Assembly: GCA_965198175.1 (NCBI GenBank)
Contig: OZ240245.1
Location: 320,001 to 384,000, forward strand
DNA: 64,000 nucleotides
Reading direction: 5' to 3'
Source of the DNA: Candidatus Poribacteria bacterium
GTDB taxonomy: Bacteria; Poribacteria; WGA-4E; PCPOR2b
Made by a program: the position numbers and the translations under genes. Of this stretch, positions 40,368 through 52,787 are shown piece by piece. Every line of letters begins with the position of its first letter. The first letter of the stretch is position 1. The notes beneath the pieces are model-generated. The model searched no databases and had not been told where the DNA came from. It saw nothing but the letters and a program-made list of their open reading frames with translations.

Positions 40368-41186
40368 TTACCATTGTGGCGGTCCAGATGGAAACCCATA
40401 TGATTTATGAATCTGGCTCGCTTGTGAACCCGAATAGGGCCATGATTGACCACCCATTGTGCGAAATTCGTCCGCTTTGCCGCATAGCCAGTAGAGCTTA
40501 CGCGCTACGAGCTTGGCAGTCCCATGCCCACCATAGTTCGCCGTGTGCAAGTCAAAGTCTGGCTCGATAATCCAATCCCGCTGGGGTGGCACTGTTCGCC
40601 AGTAACTCCACTTCAACATATTACGCATCCCCTCGGCGGTTGACTCACTCTTGCGGTGTAGAATTGAATACATCGTGATGAAAACAGTACCCGCAGAGGA
40701 GTCCATCAGGCGTCCTCCGCGCCATTCTATGCCTTGACCTGTAGGGGCTAAATGTGAACCAAGCAATATTTCAGTCGGTCCCATCTCTGGCGTAACGTCC
40801 TGCGGATAATAGAACACCTGTAGATAATTTACTTCGGGATCGAATACCGAGTCGCCATCGTGATGCCACCCCTGTGCTGGAGCAGGACACTTGGCTCGAT
40901 GATTACTCATGAGCACCGGCATACCGACGTTTCTGCCAAGTATTGACCTCACAGCACCTGCTACCTGCGAATGAAGCAGCACATTTTCGAGAAACCAATC
41001 CTCAAGCATGATTGTGCTTGGTTCTCCGGTCGGATGTCCGTCTAGGTATGCATATGTTTGCTGATTAATTTTGTCTGGAACGACACCTTCCAGCACGATG
41101 GCGCCGTGCTTACAGAACTCTAACACCTGGGTGTCCGTCAGTGTAGGATTACAATCAAAAGTTCTGCTCTCTTTATCTAGCTTCAT
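40368..41186 (-). CDS. PhyH family dioxygenase
   Basis: WHHDG, GPTEILLGSH, ILHRKS. Confidence 0.85.
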   Translation of the reverse strand: MKLDKESRTFDCNPTLTDTQVLEFCKHGAIVLEGVVPDKINQQTYAYLDGHPTGEPSTIMLEDWFLENVLLHSQVAGAVRSILGRNVGMPVLMSNHRAKCPAPAQGWHHDGDSVFDPEVNYLQVFYYPQDVTPEMGPTEILLGSHLAPTGQGIEWRGGRLMDSSAGTVFITMYSILHRKSESTAEGMRNMLKWSYWRTVPPQRDWIIEPDFDLHTANYGGHGTAKLVARKLYWLCGKADEFRTMGGQSWPYSGSQASQIHKSYGFPSGPPQW

Positions 41187-41266
41187 TGTGGACTTACCTC
41201 CAATTCTCTATGATAAACTCATACCTAAGGTTCTCGTGGACGCCATTCATCTGTCAGCCTCACGCC

Positions 41267-42157
41267 CTAATTTGTCCCTTTATTGGGTATTGGGCTTATC
41301 GGAAATCTGTAGAACCCTTGGGGCGGATATATCTGTGCCCAGGGTCGAGGCGGCGGGTAACCCATAGGCCAATCTGCACCGCCCAACAAATCTTGGAGTA
41401 TACTCATATCCCCACACAACCAGCAAAACATCGCCGCGGCGTCATACCAATCTCGGAATTGCTGCCGGGGGATGTCGCCGAAGCTATATTGAGCCATAGC
41501 GAAATCAAAGTCCGGTTCGGCGATCCAATCCCGCTGGGGTGGCACCGTTCGCCAGTAGCAGTATTTCAACATATTGCGGAGGCCATGCGCAGTGGACTCA
41601 GAACGACGATGCCAGATGGGGTAAGCTGTTATGAAAATAGTACCAGCCGGTGAAGCCATGCGAAGTCCCGATCGAATGTTGCCGTAGTGTTCCATCCAAC
41701 TCTGCAAGCAAAAGAGGAAATGGGAGCCTGGTACAATCTCCGTAGGACCAAGCTCTACAGGGGTATCCTGTGGGTAATAAAATACCTGCAAATGATTTGT
41801 TTCCGAGCCATAGCGTGAACCGCCATCCCGGTGCCAGCCCTGCGCCGGTGCCGGACATTGCAGCCGATGATTAGCCACTCCGACCGGAAAACCAAAGTCC
41901 TCGCCTAGAAGCGACCGTACTGCACCTGCCGCCTGCGGATTGAGAAGCACGTTCTCAATGAACCAATCCTCCTGTCGAAGAGGTTCCTGTCCATGCTTTT
42001 CAATGAATTCAGAAACTCTCCGGTTGATTTCGTTCGGAACGACACCTTCGTACACCAGGTAACCCTGTTTGCAAAATTCGACAACTTGTGTGTCATTCAG
42101 TGTAGGTTCACAGTTAGCTGTTTGTAATTTCTTCTTCCCAATTTTCACCTGTTGCAT
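41267..42157 (-). CDS. PhyH family dioxygenase
   Basis: WHRDG, GPTEIVPGSH, IWHRRS; start uncertain. Confidence 0.85.
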   Translation of the reverse strand: MQQVKIGKKKLQTANCEPTLNDTQVVEFCKQGYLVYEGVVPNEINRRVSEFIEKHGQEPLRQEDWFIENVLLNPQAAGAVRSLLGEDFGFPVGVANHRLQCPAPAQGWHRDGGSRYGSETNHLQVFYYPQDTPVELGPTEIVPGSHFLFCLQSWMEHYGNIRSGLRMASPAGTIFITAYPIWHRRSESTAHGLRNMLKYCYWRTVPPQRDWIAEPDFDFAMAQYSFGDIPRQQFRDWYDAAAMFCWLCGDMSILQDLLGGADWPMGYPPPRPWAQIYPPQGFYRFPISPIPNKGTN

Positions 42158-42400
42158 TACTAGCATTCTCCATCTCAAACGGGAAAAGTTCTCACACAAC
42201 TCAAATGCGGTATTATACTATATATTGAGTCATACTGCAACCAATAAAAGGACAATACCTGAGATTCTCCTAATCTCAGGTATTGAGTAAATTTTTATCG
42301 TCCATGTCCTTTCTACGCATGACCGGTAAATTTCTCATTATAAGCGAAGGCAATTCCCACGAATACGAGGGATTCAGTTTCACGACGGCTCACATCTACT

Positions 42401-44143
42401 TCATTCCAGATTGCCATCACCCACTAGTGCCTCAAAAAAGAACACTTTCCAGCGAACGTTGTCAGGATTGACTGCCGGCGAAAGGTAGAGCGGATACGTA
42501 TAAAGCTCTCCAGCCCGTATGGATTTCATTGACGCCCTAGTCGTAATCACGGATGTAATCACCGATTCGCCTTCTGTTACAGCGATTAGTGGCGCCATCA
42601 CACCAATCGAATCGTCTGGAACAGCGATGATATCCCAATACCTTGGATGTACGGGATTCCGCAATACAGCAAAATAAAACTCCACGTTCTCGCCTCGCCT
42701 GGTACTATACGCGTAAGATGATGTCCTTCCATTTGATGAGTAAGGTTCCGGTTGCACACTGGGAACAAGAATAACCTGTTCGACGGTCGTTCCAAAATTT
42801 GGGATGGTGAGTTGTGCCTTTCCATCCCCGGTCAACGGCATGTGACGGACCGCTATTGGTAGAGACGCTTGTAGTTCAATCACCCGTATATCGTAAGGGT
42901 ACTTCCCATCGGTCTCAAAGGCGATATTCAACGCCCCCTCTCCACCGCTGCCTGACAGGCCAATATAGTCTGCCGCATAGACATCAATCCTGTTACCGGT
43001 AACGGCAACCGGGTGTGATTGATGGTTACGGTGGAGCCGCAGATTCAGACGCTCGTTTCTATAGCCATACTGTCCTTTTGCAAATTGGGAATCGTCCAGG
43101 AAGTTTGCTACCTTCCAATCGGCAAAGATGGTCGAGAAAGTCTTCGTCACGCCACGTGAATGCAACGCATTATTGATACCGGTAATTCCATTTCCACGGT
43201 GCTTTATAACTGCCGCGATTGTTTCTGGACCACCGTAATGTTCGTGGAGATACAGCATCCATGTATACGCCGCGCCATAATGCGATAATTGGCTCCGGGT
43301 CCTATGCGGCCAATTGACCAATGATACACTTGCATTTCGTTCAAACGGTGTGACATGGTCTTCAGCACTGTATCCACAGATAAACATGGCATAATCAGAA
43401 CACCCTTCATTGACCCAAATCGCTTCGTCTTTATCGTGCCGCCAGTGGATAAGATGCTGAAACTCGTGAGTTAATACTCCCAACCCCTTCTCACTTCCAG
43501 CATCTAGGGGATGGGTGTCAATGTAGATCATGTCGCGCTCATTGCTATGCACCAGTGTGCCGAATTCTGGATGTTGGAGCACTCCTTGCTGCTGATCGAC
43601 GGGGCTAAAAAATCCACCGATAAATCCACCGCTGACTGTCACGAGATCTCGAATGTCTAGTAAGAGTATATAGATTTTTGTCTCACCATCAATGTTGGGG
43701 GGAGGGCCAAATAGTTCAGTTTCAATTTGATAGATGCCTCGCGTTCGATCAGCCGGTGTTGCATCGTCAAACGCATGCCGCACGGTCTCAACCGTTGCTG
43801 CATTGACAGTGCGCTTCCACTGCGAATTTTCGACGAAGATATAGCAGAATTTACCAACTTTTTGCAATGTCGATTGAACAATATATTGTTCATGCTTTCT
43901 AAAATCAATTGAGAAGAAAGCCTGGCGGTTGCCTACTTTAATTTGAGGTGCACACGGTTGAGCGGGCGCGGAAGAAGGCAATGTTTGGTTAAAGCTGAAT
44001 CCTTCTCCCTCAAAAAAAAAGGGAGTACCATCAATCCAGCCATGAGCCATTGACACTCCCAATACCGCGAAGATAATCGTTATATGTCGTAATGCGTAAT
44101 ACGTGGAACGAGAAACGTAAAATCGGATTGGATTGACTGTCAT
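42401..44143 (-). CDS. Secreted zinc metallopeptidase (M30/M6-like)
   Basis: THEFQHLIH...WVNEGCS; signal peptide. Confidence 0.8.
   Translation of the reverse strand: MTVNPIRFYVSRSTYYALRHITIIFAVLGVSMAHGWIDGTPFFFEGEGFSFNQTLPSSAPAQPCAPQIKVGNRQAFFSIDFRKHEQYIVQSTLQKVGKFCYIFVENSQWKRTVNAATVETVRHAFDDATPADRTRGIYQIETELFGPPPNIDGETKIYILLLDIRDLVTVSGGFIGGFFSPVDQQQGVLQHPEFGTLVHSNERDMIYIDTHPLDAGSEKGLGVLTHEFQHLIHWRHDKDEAIWVNEGCSDYAMFICGYSAEDHVTPFERNASVSLVNWPHRTRSQLSHYGAAYTWMLYLHEHYGGPETIAAVIKHRGNGITGINNALHSRGVTKTFSTIFADWKVANFLDDSQFAKGQYGYRNERLNLRLHRNHQSHPVAVTGNRIDVYAADYIGLSGSGGEGALNIAFETDGKYPYDIRVIELQASLPIAVRHMPLTGDGKAQLTIPNFGTTVEQVILVPSVQPEPYSSNGRTSSYAYSTRRGENVEFYFAVLRNPVHPRYWDIIAVPDDSIGVMAPLIAVTEGESVITSVITTRASMKSIRAGELYTYPLYLSPAVNPDNVRWKVFFFEALVGDGNLE
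44087..44121. repeat. Heptamer tandem run (ACGTAAT-like x5)
   Basis: tcgtaat gcgtaat acgtgga acgagaa acgtaaa. Confidence 0.6.
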
Positions 44144-44205
44144 TCTTCTCCTCCTCTCCTCATTCCACTATTCCTTCCATCCTGACCTCATAGTTTCTTC
44201 TACGC

Positions 44206-45747
44206 CTACCTTTCTTCACTCTCGCCATTTCCCAGTTTTCTCAGCTTTTCTTGTATTTTCACATTATCTGGTTCAAGTTGAATCGCTTTCTGCCAAGCTG
44301 CGATTGCTTTCTTTTTGTACCCGGCCTTCAGATAGACCTCTCCAAGGTGATCTTGAATTTCAACGCTGTTGGGAATGTGCCGAACAGCCTTTTCAAGATT
44401 CTCTAGGGCCGCGGTCAGTTTCCCTTGCTTGAAATATACCCAACCCAGACTATCAAGGTAAGCTCCATTTTCCTGCGATTTCTCCAGCGCTTTCTTGATG
44501 AGTTCGACAGCCTCGTCTAGGTTGGTGCTATATTCCGCAAAGAGATAACCAAGCGCGTTATATCCTTCATCACGCTCGGGAGCCAGTGCAATCGCTTTTC
44601 TGAGATAATATTCAGCTTTCTCAAAGTCCCCAAGTGTCTGATAAGCAAGTCCAATCCAATAGTTTGCATCTACATTGTCCGAATCGTCATCTAAAACCCC
44701 TTGTAAAACCTCTATTGCTTTTTCTTCTTTCCACAAGTAGGTATAAAGACTTCCAAGACGAGTACGAAAAACCCTCAGCCCGTAATCGTACTTATCTCGC
44801 TCCCCTGGATTAAGCCGGCGCAGTTCTGTATAAACATCGATGGCTTTTTGGAGATTTTCTTCCGCAACTTCTGCGATGTTAGTTGCTCCAGACTGATTCC
44901 AAATTTGATTTTCAAGTTTATCATATTCTTTAACATATAATGTTCCCAACTCTTGATACACCAGCGGCATATTCCGATCGATCCTGACCGCCCGCTCGTA
45001 AGCGGCGATCGCTTCTTGATTCTTCCCTAATTGAACGTAGGCATTCCCGAGTCTCTCATAGTATATAGGCTGATAAGATTCGATACGCGTGAGTTCTTTG
45101 AAAGCATGTACTGCTGATTCGTAATCGTGTCGATTGTATGCATGTCCTCCAAGATATTGATATGAGTCTACGAGGCACCTAACGATTCTTCCCCCAAACT
45201 GTACCGTAGCATGATTGGAATTGAGCTCAACCACTTTCTCGAATTCTGCAATGGCATCGTCCAATTTTCCAGTGTTGTTATTATGTCGCTTCAGTAGAAT
45301 ATAACCCAACAGGAAGTGAGGAGCTGGCATTTGTGGATTAATCGCAATCGCCCTACGACATTCTTGCTCCGCTCTTCTGATGTTTTGCAGATCTATCAAA
45401 AGACTCGCAAATTGAGTATGAACAAAGGCTGAAGGCTCATATTCATCCAAAACCTGCTTATATGCCCTTTTTACATCGGACTGTCGTTTTTCAATCCTTA
45501 AGTAAGTCGACCGTAGGTAAGCAGCCCAAGCTAGTTGTGAATAAACACGTGTCGCCCGTTCATACTCACGGTTTAACGGTCGATTTATCACAGGAGGATT
45601 GTCGGTTAAGACTATCGCGCTCCCTATTCGGTCGCTTGATCCTATCACATCCGCTTGGGTAAAGGGAACTGCTAAAATTAGCAAAATGATACAATACGTA
45701 ATACGTGAAACGTAAAACATGAGAAAAGATGAAGTCAATCGTTCCAT
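44206..45747 (-). CDS. TPR protein, secreted
   Basis: Signal peptide; YNALGY...AYLDSLGWVYFKQG...DHLGEVY. Confidence 0.88.
   Translation of the reverse strand: MERLTSSFLMFYVSRITYCIILLILAVPFTQADVIGSSDRIGSAIVLTDNPPVINRPLNREYERATRVYSQLAWAAYLRSTYLRIEKRQSDVKRAYKQVLDEYEPSAFVHTQFASLLIDLQNIRRAEQECRRAIAINPQMPAPHFLLGYILLKRHNNNTGKLDDAIAEFEKVVELNSNHATVQFGGRIVRCLVDSYQYLGGHAYNRHDYESAVHAFKELTRIESYQPIYYERLGNAYVQLGKNQEAIAAYERAVRIDRNMPLVYQELGTLYVKEYDKLENQIWNQSGATNIAEVAEENLQKAIDVYTELRRLNPGERDKYDYGLRVFRTRLGSLYTYLWKEEKAIEVLQGVLDDDSDNVDANYWIGLAYQTLGDFEKAEYYLRKAIALAPERDEGYNALGYLFAEYSTNLDEAVELIKKALEKSQENGAYLDSLGWVYFKQGKLTAALENLEKAVRHIPNSVEIQDHLGEVYLKAGYKKKAIAAWQKAIQLEPDNVKIQEKLRKLGNGESEER
45689..45723. repeat. Heptamer tandem run
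   Basis: atacaat acgtaat acgtgaa acgtaaa acatgag. Confidence 0.55.
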
Positions 45748-45780
45748 TTCCTTTCCCTAATTTCCCTGTATTCTTTTCCT

Positions 45781-48231
45781 TTATTCCTGCGCATCGCTGT
45801 CATTTCCGGAAATTTTTCCAACATCAACGACAATCTCATCGGGACGCAAAGCCATCAGGCGAACCCCTTGAGTGTTTCTTCCAATTGTACGTATGTCGCT
45901 TACAGAGATACGAGTCACCATGCCATTTGAACTTATGAAAATTAGTTCATCATCATCCGAAACCATTTTCACGGCAACAACGGCGCCGTTACGCGTGCTT
46001 GTTTTAATAGCAATCACTCCCTTTCCGGCACGCGCTTGCAAGCGGTATTCTTCCAAGGAAGTTCGTTTCCCATAGCCGTTTTCCGTAACAACAAGAAGGG
46101 TTGGCCCCTCATTAGTAGCAGAAACCATTCCGACGACAGCACCATCATCGGCTAAACGAATACCCCGCACCCCGGCCGCTGTTCGCCCCATACTGCGGAC
46201 CTCAGCTTCATTAAAGCGAATGGACAATCCGGATTTGGTCACAAGGACAATGTAGTGGTCTCCTTCGGTTAACTGCGCCTCAATCAACTTATCGCCCTCA
46301 TCAAGATTGATGGCTATAATTCCAGCAGAATATGGCCTGCTAAAAACGTCAAGGCTGCATTTTTTTACAATCCCGTTTTGAGTCGCCATGAAAACAAACC
46401 GATTTTCGTCAAATTCCCGCACCGAGACAAATGCAGTAATTTGTTCGTTGTTCTCCACCCGAATAAGGTTGACAATCGCTCGACCAACTGACGTCCGGCT
46501 GCCCTCAGGAATCTCAAAAACTTTGAGCCAATAGCACTTTCCGCAATCCGTAAAGAATAGGATATACTGGTGGGCAGAGGCAACAAATATTTGTTCGACA
46601 AAATCGCCTTCTTTTGTCCCCATCCCTATAACCCCGACGCCACCTCGATGCTGACGCCGGTAGACTGAGATTGGCATCCGTTTGATGTAGCCGGTATGTG
46701 AGATAACCACAACCATCTCTTCATCGGCAATCAAATCCTCAATATTGAACTCTTTGATAGCATCAACGATTTGAGTTCGCCGTTCGTCACCGTATTTGGA
46801 TTTTAATTCTAATAGCTCTTTCTTGAGAATGTCCGTAATCAGCATCTCACTTTCGAGAATGGCTTTCAGTTCTTCAATCTGTTCGAGGAGATTGGCGTAT
46901 TCGTTATTAATTTTCTGTCGTTCCAAGCCGGTTAACTGACGTAATGTCATCCCCAAAATCTCGTTTGCTTGTACTTCCGACAGCGAATAATTTCTTATTA
47001 GTTCATCCCGCGCATCTTGTGGATTGTCCGCTGATTGAACAATCTCAATTACCTCTTCAATTTGACTTAAGGCGATGCGATACCCTTCCAGAATATGAGC
47101 TCGCCTTTCACAGTGATCCAGATCAAACTGAGTTCGACGACGGAGAACCTCTCTGCGGTGTTCGAGATATGCCTTCAGTATCTCTTTGAGAGGCAACACT
47201 TTTGGAATTCCGTTGACTAGGCACAACATGATTGCGCTGAAGTTACTCTGCATCTGAGTGTGTTTGTACAACTGATTCAAGATGACCTGTGCAATCTCGC
47301 CCCGCTTGAGCTCAACAATAACACGAATTTCCCGATCTGATTCATCACGAATATCCGAAATCCCAGTGATTGTTTTACTGACGACCATTTCATACATCTT
47401 CTCAAGCAACTGATTTTTCTTAATCTGGTAGGGAATCTCTGTAATGATGATCTGTTCCCTTCCTCCTGTCATCCGCTCAACTACAACTTTTGCCCGAACC
47501 GTGATGATGCCCTTGCCAGCTCCATACATTTCACGAATGCCCTTTTGTCCAACAATTAAACCCGCCGTCGGAAAATCGGGACCCGGAATGGATTTCATCA
47601 GCTCTTCAACCGTGGCGTCCGGATTCTCAAGGATTAAAATTAAACCATTGACAATCTCGTTTAAATTATGGGGTGGGATACGGGTGAGATACCCGACGCC
47701 AATTCCGGTAGTACCGTTAATAATCAAGTTAGGCAAACATGCTGGAAGCACTGTTGGTTCAGTCGCCGACTCTTTGTAGTTTGGCTGAAAATCGACAGTA
47801 TTCTTATGAATATCTGCCAGCATCTCATTGGCAATTGGCATTAAACGGCATTCCGTGTAACGCATGGCGCCAGCGGGATCGTCGTCAATCGATCCAAAGT
47901 TCCCCTGTCCGTCAATTAAGGGACAGCGCATCACAAAATCTTGCACCATCCCGACCAAAGTGTCGTAAATCCCGCCATCTCCGTGCGGATGAAAATTTTT
48001 CATCACCTCGCCAACAACCGCTGCGCACTTGTCGTAAGGACGATTAGCTGTCAGGTTAATCTCACCCATAGCATAAATGATGCGCCGCGTGCTCGGTTTC
48101 ATCCCGTCTCTCACATCAGGAATTGCCCGGTTCGTATTGACGCTCATCGCATAGGTCAAGTAGGATTCTTTTAACTCTTCTTCGATGTATCTCGTTACGA
48201 TATTCTGGTTGTCTCTGTCCGATGTTAACAC
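45781..48231 (-). CDS. gyrA: DNA gyrase subunit A
   Basis: HPHGD, AMRYTE, GyrA-box QHRGGVG, pinwheel repeats. Confidence 0.98.
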   Translation of the reverse strand: MLTSDRDNQNIVTRYIEEELKESYLTYAMSVNTNRAIPDVRDGMKPSTRRIIYAMGEINLTANRPYDKCAAVVGEVMKNFHPHGDGGIYDTLVGMVQDFVMRCPLIDGQGNFGSIDDDPAGAMRYTECRLMPIANEMLADIHKNTVDFQPNYKESATEPTVLPACLPNLIINGTTGIGVGYLTRIPPHNLNEIVNGLILILENPDATVEELMKSIPGPDFPTAGLIVGQKGIREMYGAGKGIITVRAKVVVERMTGGREQIIITEIPYQIKKNQLLEKMYEMVVSKTITGISDIRDESDREIRVIVELKRGEIAQVILNQLYKHTQMQSNFSAIMLCLVNGIPKVLPLKEILKAYLEHRREVLRRRTQFDLDHCERRAHILEGYRIALSQIEEVIEIVQSADNPQDARDELIRNYSLSEVQANEILGMTLRQLTGLERQKINNEYANLLEQIEELKAILESEMLITDILKKELLELKSKYGDERRTQIVDAIKEFNIEDLIADEEMVVVISHTGYIKRMPISVYRRQHRGGVGVIGMGTKEGDFVEQIFVASAHQYILFFTDCGKCYWLKVFEIPEGSRTSVGRAIVNLIRVENNEQITAFVSVREFDENRFVFMATQNGIVKKCSLDVFSRPYSAGIIAINLDEGDKLIEAQLTEGDHYIVLVTKSGLSIRFNEAEVRSMGRTAAGVRGIRLADDGAVVGMVSATNEGPTLLVVTENGYGKRTSLEEYRLQARAGKGVIAIKTSTRNGAVVAVKMVSDDDELIFISSNGMVTRISVSDIRTIGRNTQGVRLMALRPDEIVVDVGKISGNDSDAQE

Positions 48232-48316
48232 GTTCTATCCCACTTCCGTTGTATTTAACCCATTAGGCATTGCAGCGAGTGAGGACAATTCCTTATTTCC
48301 AATCAAAGTTCATGGC

Positions 48317-50782
<2,466 letters not shown>

Positions 50783-50876
50783 TTATCAGTTGATATCTAT
50801 TTAATAATTCGGGAAGGAAATAGATAAGTCGAGAAGAACACCGCTACACTTTCTGATTCTAAGCAGGTAAACTACG

Positions 50877-51461
50877 TCAATGTGGGCAGCTGTAGCCGCG
50901 CTCAACAGAATCTGTATTGTGATTAGATTGATTCCGGGAGGAGATGAAATTGGAGTGCGATGGGGCATCATCAATTAAAGCGCGTTGGCTCTGTTTGATA
51001 AAGACACGTTTTAAGCATGCTTTCAACTCTAGATCTTTTACTTTAGCAACCGTTTTATCAATTCGTTCTAAAATTTGAGGGGAAAGCTCAACCTTTTCTA
51101 ATCTATTTAGACGCTTGGAAGGTGGACTAGGTTGCATCTTTCGCGGAGAAGGATTGATAGGCTTCACAAAAAACTGCAAGTCTCTTACCACAGTTTGCCC
51201 AACAGTGTCGTTAATTTTTTCGATGACATGCTGTTTAAGCAGCAATAGCTCCGTTATCAAAACGGTATTTACCGTATAAACCGTTAATTTCCCGTTAATC
51301 AGCGATATAGGTTGGGTATTGCGTGCAACAGGTTCTCCAACAGCACTAGCCCAAGCAGCAAGTCCTTTTGCCTCAAGAATTTTCTGATCGAAACCATACT
51401 CGCGCAACAAGTATGAAAGAATTTGTTCAATTTTATGGGTTTTGTCTGATAACTTGTCCAT
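50877..51461 (-). CDS. dciA: DUF721/DciA helicase-loading factor
   Basis: W...VG..VA..T.P....G.L pattern; position between recF and gyrB. Confidence 0.8.
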   Translation of the reverse strand: MDKLSDKTHKIEQILSYLLREYGFDQKILEAKGLAAWASAVGEPVARNTQPISLINGKLTVYTVNTVLITELLLLKQHVIEKINDTVGQTVVRDLQFFVKPINPSPRKMQPSPPSKRLNRLEKVELSPQILERIDKTVAKVKDLELKACLKRVFIKQSQRALIDDAPSHSNFISSRNQSNHNTDSVERGYSCPH

Positions 51462-52755
51462 TTTGTACCGTTAAAATGCAGCAATCTTCGAGTGATTTGG
51501 TCCAAACCTCCCGCCGGGTCGAAGTGATGAATGTTTGTGAATTTAACCGTTGTAGCAAATCGAACAGAAATGTCGATCGCATCTCATCGAGTTCTGAGAT
51601 AACATCATCCAATAGTACAATCGGCGTTTTATTTGTTAATCCATGTATCAACTCTAACTCCCCCAATTTTAGAGCTAACGCAATCGTCCGCTGTTGTCCC
51701 TGTGAACAGAAGGATTTAGCCTCCTGACGTTGGAAGTAGTCGCCTTGACCTGTTTCTAACATCAGTTTCAAATCATCTCGATGGGGACCTACTGAGGTTG
51801 TCCCACGTAGGATATCGTACGATCGAGAACAAGTTAAGGCTTTCAGATAGTCGTCCACAGCTTCCGATTGGCTGATGGAGTCGATACCTTCAAGAGCTTG
51901 AGGAGGCTGGTACTCCAAGTCGAGTGTTTCACTCCCACCGGTCAATTCGGCATGTTTTACTTGTGCATACGTTTTCAACCGATCAAGAATACTTTTTCGA
52001 GTTTGGATAATAGCAATGCCATCTTCAATGAGTAGCATGTCCCAAGGCTCCAAAAGCCCACCCTTCGCTTGTTTTGCCCGAATTTGCTTCAGGAGCTCAT
52101 TACGTTGCTTGAGCGCAAACTGGTAATTTTGCAAATGGTTTAAGTAAGCCGGACTGAGTTGAGAAATCAGAATATCAATAAAACGCCGGCGTTCGGATGG
52201 CGCGCCCTTCACGAGAGTAAGGGATTCGGGTGAAAAGAAAACAACATTGAACTGTCCAATCCACTGAGAAAGCTTCCGCTGAAGATCGCCATTGAGCTTA
52301 AACCGCTTTTTGCCATTCGATTCGTTCGAGACTTCCAGAGTCATGTTAAGCGAGTCGCAATCTTGACTATCGGGCTTGGACGAGGTAGAATAGCAATTTT
52401 CAGGGTCAGCAGATGGCTGGCATCCTTCAATATAGTTGGATTGAATCACCGAGTTGGCTAGCGGAAATTCGTGAAGTAGATTAGGGTGAGTTGCAGTGGG
52501 TTGGGTTGGTGTAGCCGCATCGAGATCAGCGGTAATCACGCCCTTAAGATAAAACCAGTTTTCGTTATGTCGAATAAGCTCATCATCTGGGTAGGCCCGG
52601 TGGGATTTAGCCGTACTAAGAAAGTAAATCGCCTCCAACAGACTGGTTTTCCCCTGGGCATTGCCGCCGATAATCAGGTTACCCCTATTTGGAAAATCAA
52701 GCTCGCAATCTACATAATTACGGAAGTTACGCAACACAAGGTGGTTTAGTCGCAT
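51433..52755 (-). CDS. recF: DNA replication/repair protein RecF
   Basis: NFRNY, GNAQGKT, GPHRDD, SQGQQR, LLDDV.SELD. Confidence 0.96.
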   Translation of the reverse strand: MRLNHLVLRNFRNYVDCELDFPNRGNLIIGGNAQGKTSLLEAIYFLSTAKSHRAYPDDELIRHNENWFYLKGVITADLDAATPTQPTATHPNLLHEFPLANSVIQSNYIEGCQPSADPENCYSTSSKPDSQDCDSLNMTLEVSNESNGKKRFKLNGDLQRKLSQWIGQFNVVFFSPESLTLVKGAPSERRRFIDILISQLSPAYLNHLQNYQFALKQRNELLKQIRAKQAKGGLLEPWDMLLIEDGIAIIQTRKSILDRLKTYAQVKHAELTGGSETLDLEYQPPQALEGIDSISQSEAVDDYLKALTCSRSYDILRGTTSVGPHRDDLKLMLETGQGDYFQRQEAKSFCSQGQQRTIALALKLGELELIHGLTNKTPIVLLDDVISELDEMRSTFLFDLLQRLNSQTFITSTRREVWTKSLEDCCILTVQNGQVIRQNP

Positions 52756-52787
52756 CTTTATAAGAAGTTATGTATCAGAACTTAAGA

